NCBI GenBank assembly: GCA_965649825.1
Contig: OZ287694.1
Span: forward strand, 2,509,696 to 2,573,695
Direction of reading: 5' to 3'
Source: Penicillus capitatus
Taxonomy: Eukaryota > Plantae > Chlorophyta
Length of the DNA stretch: 64,000 bases
A model generated the notes under the pieces. The model was not told where the DNA came from. It ran no database searches and worked only from the letters and a program-made list of their open reading frames with translations. Positions within the stretch are counted from its first letter, which is position 1; every line of letters begins with the position of its first letter. Shown piece after piece: positions 59,701 through 64,000 of this stretch. The translations under genes were made by a program, and so were the position numbers.

Positions 59701-62700
59701 GTTACGTCGCATCAGGTGTAACCTGGCCTGTCAGTACGATCCGGAAGTGCACGACGACGCCGGCGAGACGGTCGAGCGAGGGCGGGGATGTGTCGGCGGG
59801 GTCGAGTGGATGCTGTAGGACCCTTGGTTGGAGCCCGACGGCGGCGTCCTCGGGCTGTGGCGCGGCCTTACCGGATTCGACATTTCGGCACACTGCGGCC
59901 GACGGAGGGCCCACCGTCGGCAGTCTTCGACGCAGACGGGTGCGGGACGCCTCGGGACACGCCGCGGATGCCGATCGCCGGAGGCTCGTTTGGCTCTGGG
60001 CGGTGTCGTACTTGGTTGAAATCGTGGCGGTTACGTCGCATCAGGTGTAACCTGGCCTGTCAGTACGATCCGGAAGTGCACGACGACGCCGGCGACACGG
60101 TCCAGCGAGGGTGGGGATGGGTCGGCGGGGTCGAGTGGATGCCGACGGACCCTTGGTTGGAGCCCGACGGCGGCGTCCTCGGGCTGTGGCGCGGCCTTTC
60201 CGGATTCGACATTTCGGCACACTGCGGCCGACGGAGGGCCGACCGTCGGCAGTCTTCGACGCAGACGGGTGCGGGACGCCTCGGGACACGCCGCGGATGC
60301 CGATCGGTGGAGGCTCGTTTGGCTTTGGGCGGTGTCGTACGGGGTTGAAATCGTGGCCGTTACGTCGCATCAGGTGTAACCTGGCCTGTCAGTACGATCC
60401 GGAAGTGCACGACGACGCCGGCGACACGGTCCAGCGAGGGTGGGAATGTGTCGGCGGGGTCGAGTGGATGCCGACGGACCCAAGTTTGGAGCCCGACGGC
60501 GGCGTTCTCGGGCTGTGGCGCGGCCTTTCCGGATTCGACATTTCGGCAGATTGCGGCCGACGGAGGGCCCACCGTCGGCAGTCTTCGACGCAGACGGGTG
60601 CGGGACGCCTCGGGACACACCGCGGATGCCAATCGGTGGAGGCTCGTTTGGCTTTGGGCGGTGTCGTACTTGGTTGAAATCGTGGCGGTTACGTCGCATC
60701 AGGTGTAACCTGGCCTGTCAGTACGATCCGGAAGTGCACGACGACGCCGGCGACACGGTCCAGCGAGGGTGGGGATGGGTCGGCGGGGTCGAGTGGATGC
60801 CGACGGACCCAAGTTTGGCGACCGACGGCGGCGTCCTCGGGCTGTGGCGCGGCCTTTCCGGATTCGACATTTCGGCACACTGCGGCACACGGAGGGCCCA
60901 CCGTCGGCAGACTACAACGCAGACGGGTGCGGGACGCCTCGGGACACACCGCGGATGCCAATCGGTGCAAGCTCGTTTGGCTTTGGGCGGTGTCGTACTT
61001 GGTTGAAATCGTGGCCGTTACGTCGCATCAGGTGTAACCTGGCCTGTCAGTACGATCTGGAAGTGCACGATGACGCCGGCGACACGGTCCAGCGAGGGTG
61101 GGGATGTGTCGGCGGGGTCGAGTGGATGCCGACGGACCATTGGTTGGAGCCCGACGGCGGCGTCCTCTGGCCGTGGCGCGGCCTTTCCGGATTCGACATT
61201 TCGGCACACTGCGGCACACGGAGGGCCCACCGTCGGCAGTCTTCGACGCAGACGGGTGCGGGACGCCTCGGGACACGCCGCGGATGCCAATCGGTGGAGG
61301 CTCGTTTGGCTTTGGGCGGTGTCGTACTTGGTTGAAATCGTGGCGGTTACGTCGCATCAGGTGTAACCTGGCCTGTCAGTACGATCTGGAAGTGCACGAC
61401 GACGCCGGCGACACGGTCGAGCGAGGGCGGGGATGGGTCGGCGGGGTCGAGTGGATGCCGACGGACCCTTGGTTGGAGCCCGACGGCGGCGTCCTCGGGC
61501 TGTGGCGCGGCCTTTCCGGATTCGACATTTCGGCACTCTGCGGCCGACGGAGGGCCGACCGTCGGCAGTCTTCGACGCAGACGGGTGCGGGACGCCTCGG
61601 GACACGCCGCGGATGCCGATCGGTGCAAGCTCGTTTGGCTTTGGGCGGTGTCGTACGGAGTTGAAATCGTGGCGGTTACGTCGCATCAGGTGTAACCTGG
61701 CCTGTCAGTACGATCCGGAAGTGCACGACGACGCCGGCGAGACGGTCGAGCGAGGGCGGGGATGTGTCGGCGGGGTCGAGTGGATGCTGTAGGACCCTTG
61801 GTTGGAGCCCGACGGCGGCGTCCTCGGGCTGTGGCGCGGCCTTACCGGATTCGACATTTCGGCACACTGCGGCCGACGGAGGGCCGACCGTCGGCAGTCT
61901 TCGACGCAGACGGGTGCGGGACGCCTCGGGACACGCCGCGGATGCCGATCGCCGGAGGCTCGTTTGGCTCTGGGCGGTGTCGTACTTGGTTGAAATCGTG
62001 GCCGTTACGTCGCATCAGGTGTAACCTGGCCTGTCAGTACGATCTGGAAGTGCACGACGACGCCGGCGACGCGGTCGAGCGAGGGCGGGGATGTGTCGGC
62101 GGGGTCGAGTGGATGCCGACGGACCCTTGGTTGGAGCCCGACGGCGGCGTCCTCGGGCTGTGGCGCGGCCTTTCCGGATTCGACATTTCGGCACACTGCG
62201 GCCGACGGCGGGCCCACCGTCGGCAGTCTTCGACGCAGACGGGTGCGGGACGCCTCGGGACACGCCGCGGATGCCGATCGCCGGAGGCTCGTTTGGCTCT
62301 GGGCGGTGTCGTACTTGGTTGAAATCGTGGCGGTCACGTCGCATCAGGTGTAACCTGGCCTGTCAGTACGATCTGGAAGTGCACGACGACGCCGGCGACA
62401 CGGTCCAGCGAGGGCGGGGATGTGTCGGCGGGGTCGAGTGGATGCCGACGGACCCTTGGTTGGAGCCCGACGGCGGCGTCCTCGGGCTGTGGCGCGGCCT
62501 TACCGGATTCGACATTTCGGCACTCTGCGGCCGACGGAGGGCCGACCGTCGGCAGTCTTCGACGCAGACGGGTGCGGGACGCCTCGGGACACGCCGCGGA
62601 TGCCGATCGGTGGAGGCTCGTTTGGCTCTGGGCGGTGTCGTACGGGGTTGAAATCGTGGCGGTCACGTCGCATCAGGTGTAACCTGGCCTGTCAGTACGA

Positions 62701-64000
62701 TCCGGAAGTGCACGACGACGCCGGCGACACGGTCCAGCGAGGGTGGGGATGGGTCGGCGGGGTCGAGTGGATGCCGACGGACCCTTGGTTGGAGCCCGAC
62801 GGCGGCGTCCTCGGGCTGTGGCGCGGCCTTTCCGGATACGACATTTCGGCACACTGCGGCCGACGGAGGGCCGACCGTCGGCAGTCTTCGACGCAGACGG
62901 GTGCGGGACGCCTCGGGACACGCCGCGGATGCCGATCGCCGGAGGCTCGTTTGGCTCTGGGCGGTGTCGTACGGGGTTGAAATCGTGGCGGTTACGTCGC
63001 ATCAGGTGTAACCTGGCCTGTCAGTACGATCCGGAAGTGCACGACGACGCCGGCGACGCGGTCGAGCGAGGGCGGGGATGTGTCGGCGGGGTCGAGTGGA
63101 TGCTGTAGGACCCTTGGTTGGAGCCCGACGGCGGCGTCCTCGGGCTGTGGCGCGGCCTTACCGGATTCGACATTTCGGCACACTGCGGCCGACGGAGGGC
63201 CCACCGTCGGCAGTCTTCGACGCAGACGGGTGCGGGACGCCTCGGGACACGCCGCGGATGCCGATCGCCGGAGGCTCGTTTGGCTCTGGGCGGTGTCGTA
63301 CTTGGTTGAAATCGTGGCGGTTACGTCGCATCAGGTGTAACCTGGCCTGTCAGTACGATCCGGAAGTGCACGACGACGCCGGCGACACGGTCCAGCGAGG
63401 GCGGGGATGGGTCGGCGGGGTCGAGTGGATGCCGACGGACCCTTGGTTGGAGCCCGACGGCGGCGTGCTCGGGCTGTGGCGCGACCTTACCGGATTCGAC
63501 ATTTCGGCAGATTGCGGCCGACGGAGGGCCCACCGTCGGCAGACTTCGACGCAGACGGGTGCGGGACGCCTCGGGACACACCGCGGATGCCGATCACCGG
63601 AGGCTCGTTTGGCTTTGGGCGGTGTCGTACTTGGTTGAAATCGTGGCCGTTACGTCGCATCAGGTGTAACCTGGCCTGTCAGTACGATCTGGAAGTGCAC
63701 GACGACGCCGGCGACACGGTCCAGCGAGGGTGGGAATGTGTCGGCGGGGTCGAGTGGATGCCGACGGACCCTTGGTTGGAGCCCGACGGCGGCGTGCTCG
63801 GGCTGTGGCGCGACCTTACCGGATTCGACATTTCGGCAGATTGCGGCCGACGGAGGGCCCACCGTCGGCAGACTTCGACGCAGACGGGTGCGGGACGCCT
63901 CGGGACACACCGCGGATGCCGATCACCGGAGGCTCGTTTGGCTTTGGGCGGTGTCGTACTTGGTTGAAATCGTGGCCGTTACGTCGCATCAGGTGTAACC
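53787..64000. repeat. 329-bp GC-rich satellite array, ~31 monomers, runs off the window end
   Basis: Period 329 (e.g. 54122, 54451; one 326-bp unit to 54777). The first monomer is diverged; two sequence subfamilies and a 2632-bp duplication are present. Confidence 0.98.

Noticed and set aside
53787-64000. Dozens of 60-188 aa ORFs on both strands of the satellite
   Set aside because: They are by-products of a GC-rich 329-bp (non-multiple-of-3) repeat with few stop codons; no domain motif, and frames rotate each monomer.
53787-64000. CRISPR-like array
   Set aside because: Whole monomers are repeated with no unique spacers, the context is eukaryotic, and there are no cas genes.

Overview
Eukaryotic nuclear DNA, most likely a chlorophyte green alga. 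This is inferred from plastid-targeted GGPPS/IMPL1/CHI-fold proteins, a green-algal-type PRP38B N-terminus, the standard genetic code and many ~45-70 nt GT-AG introns. The window has three zones. (1) 1-32 kb: very gene-dense housekeeping region (GGPPS, SDR, PurN, Gfo/Idh/MocA, mitochondrial EF-G, PRP38B, secreted acidic protein, NDOR1, IMPL1, small chromodomain protein, CobW-WW, CHI-fold FAP, VPS8, WASHC5), with intergenic gaps often <110 bp. (2) 33.8-53.7 kb: an almost intronless NLR-like NACHT-HEAT gene with variable 111-bp repeats, followed by a nested cluster of a solo LTR, three Ty3/Gypsy elements and a LINE remnant. (3) 53.8-64 kb: a GC-rich 329-bp satellite array (~31 monomers) with subfamily blocks and an 8-monomer duplication, probably a centromere-like or heterochromatin boundary. 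The most striking signal is in two different Ty3/Gypsy families. Where a polypurine tract should be, both carry a same-sense copy of the 5' half of initiator-Met tRNA abutting the 3' LTR, which suggests tRNA-half-primed plus-strand synthesis. All three elements also share one variant PBS that doubles as the gag start, and one encodes a signal-peptide/transmembrane Gag-like ORF. All homology calls were made by eye from motifs; no database searches were run.
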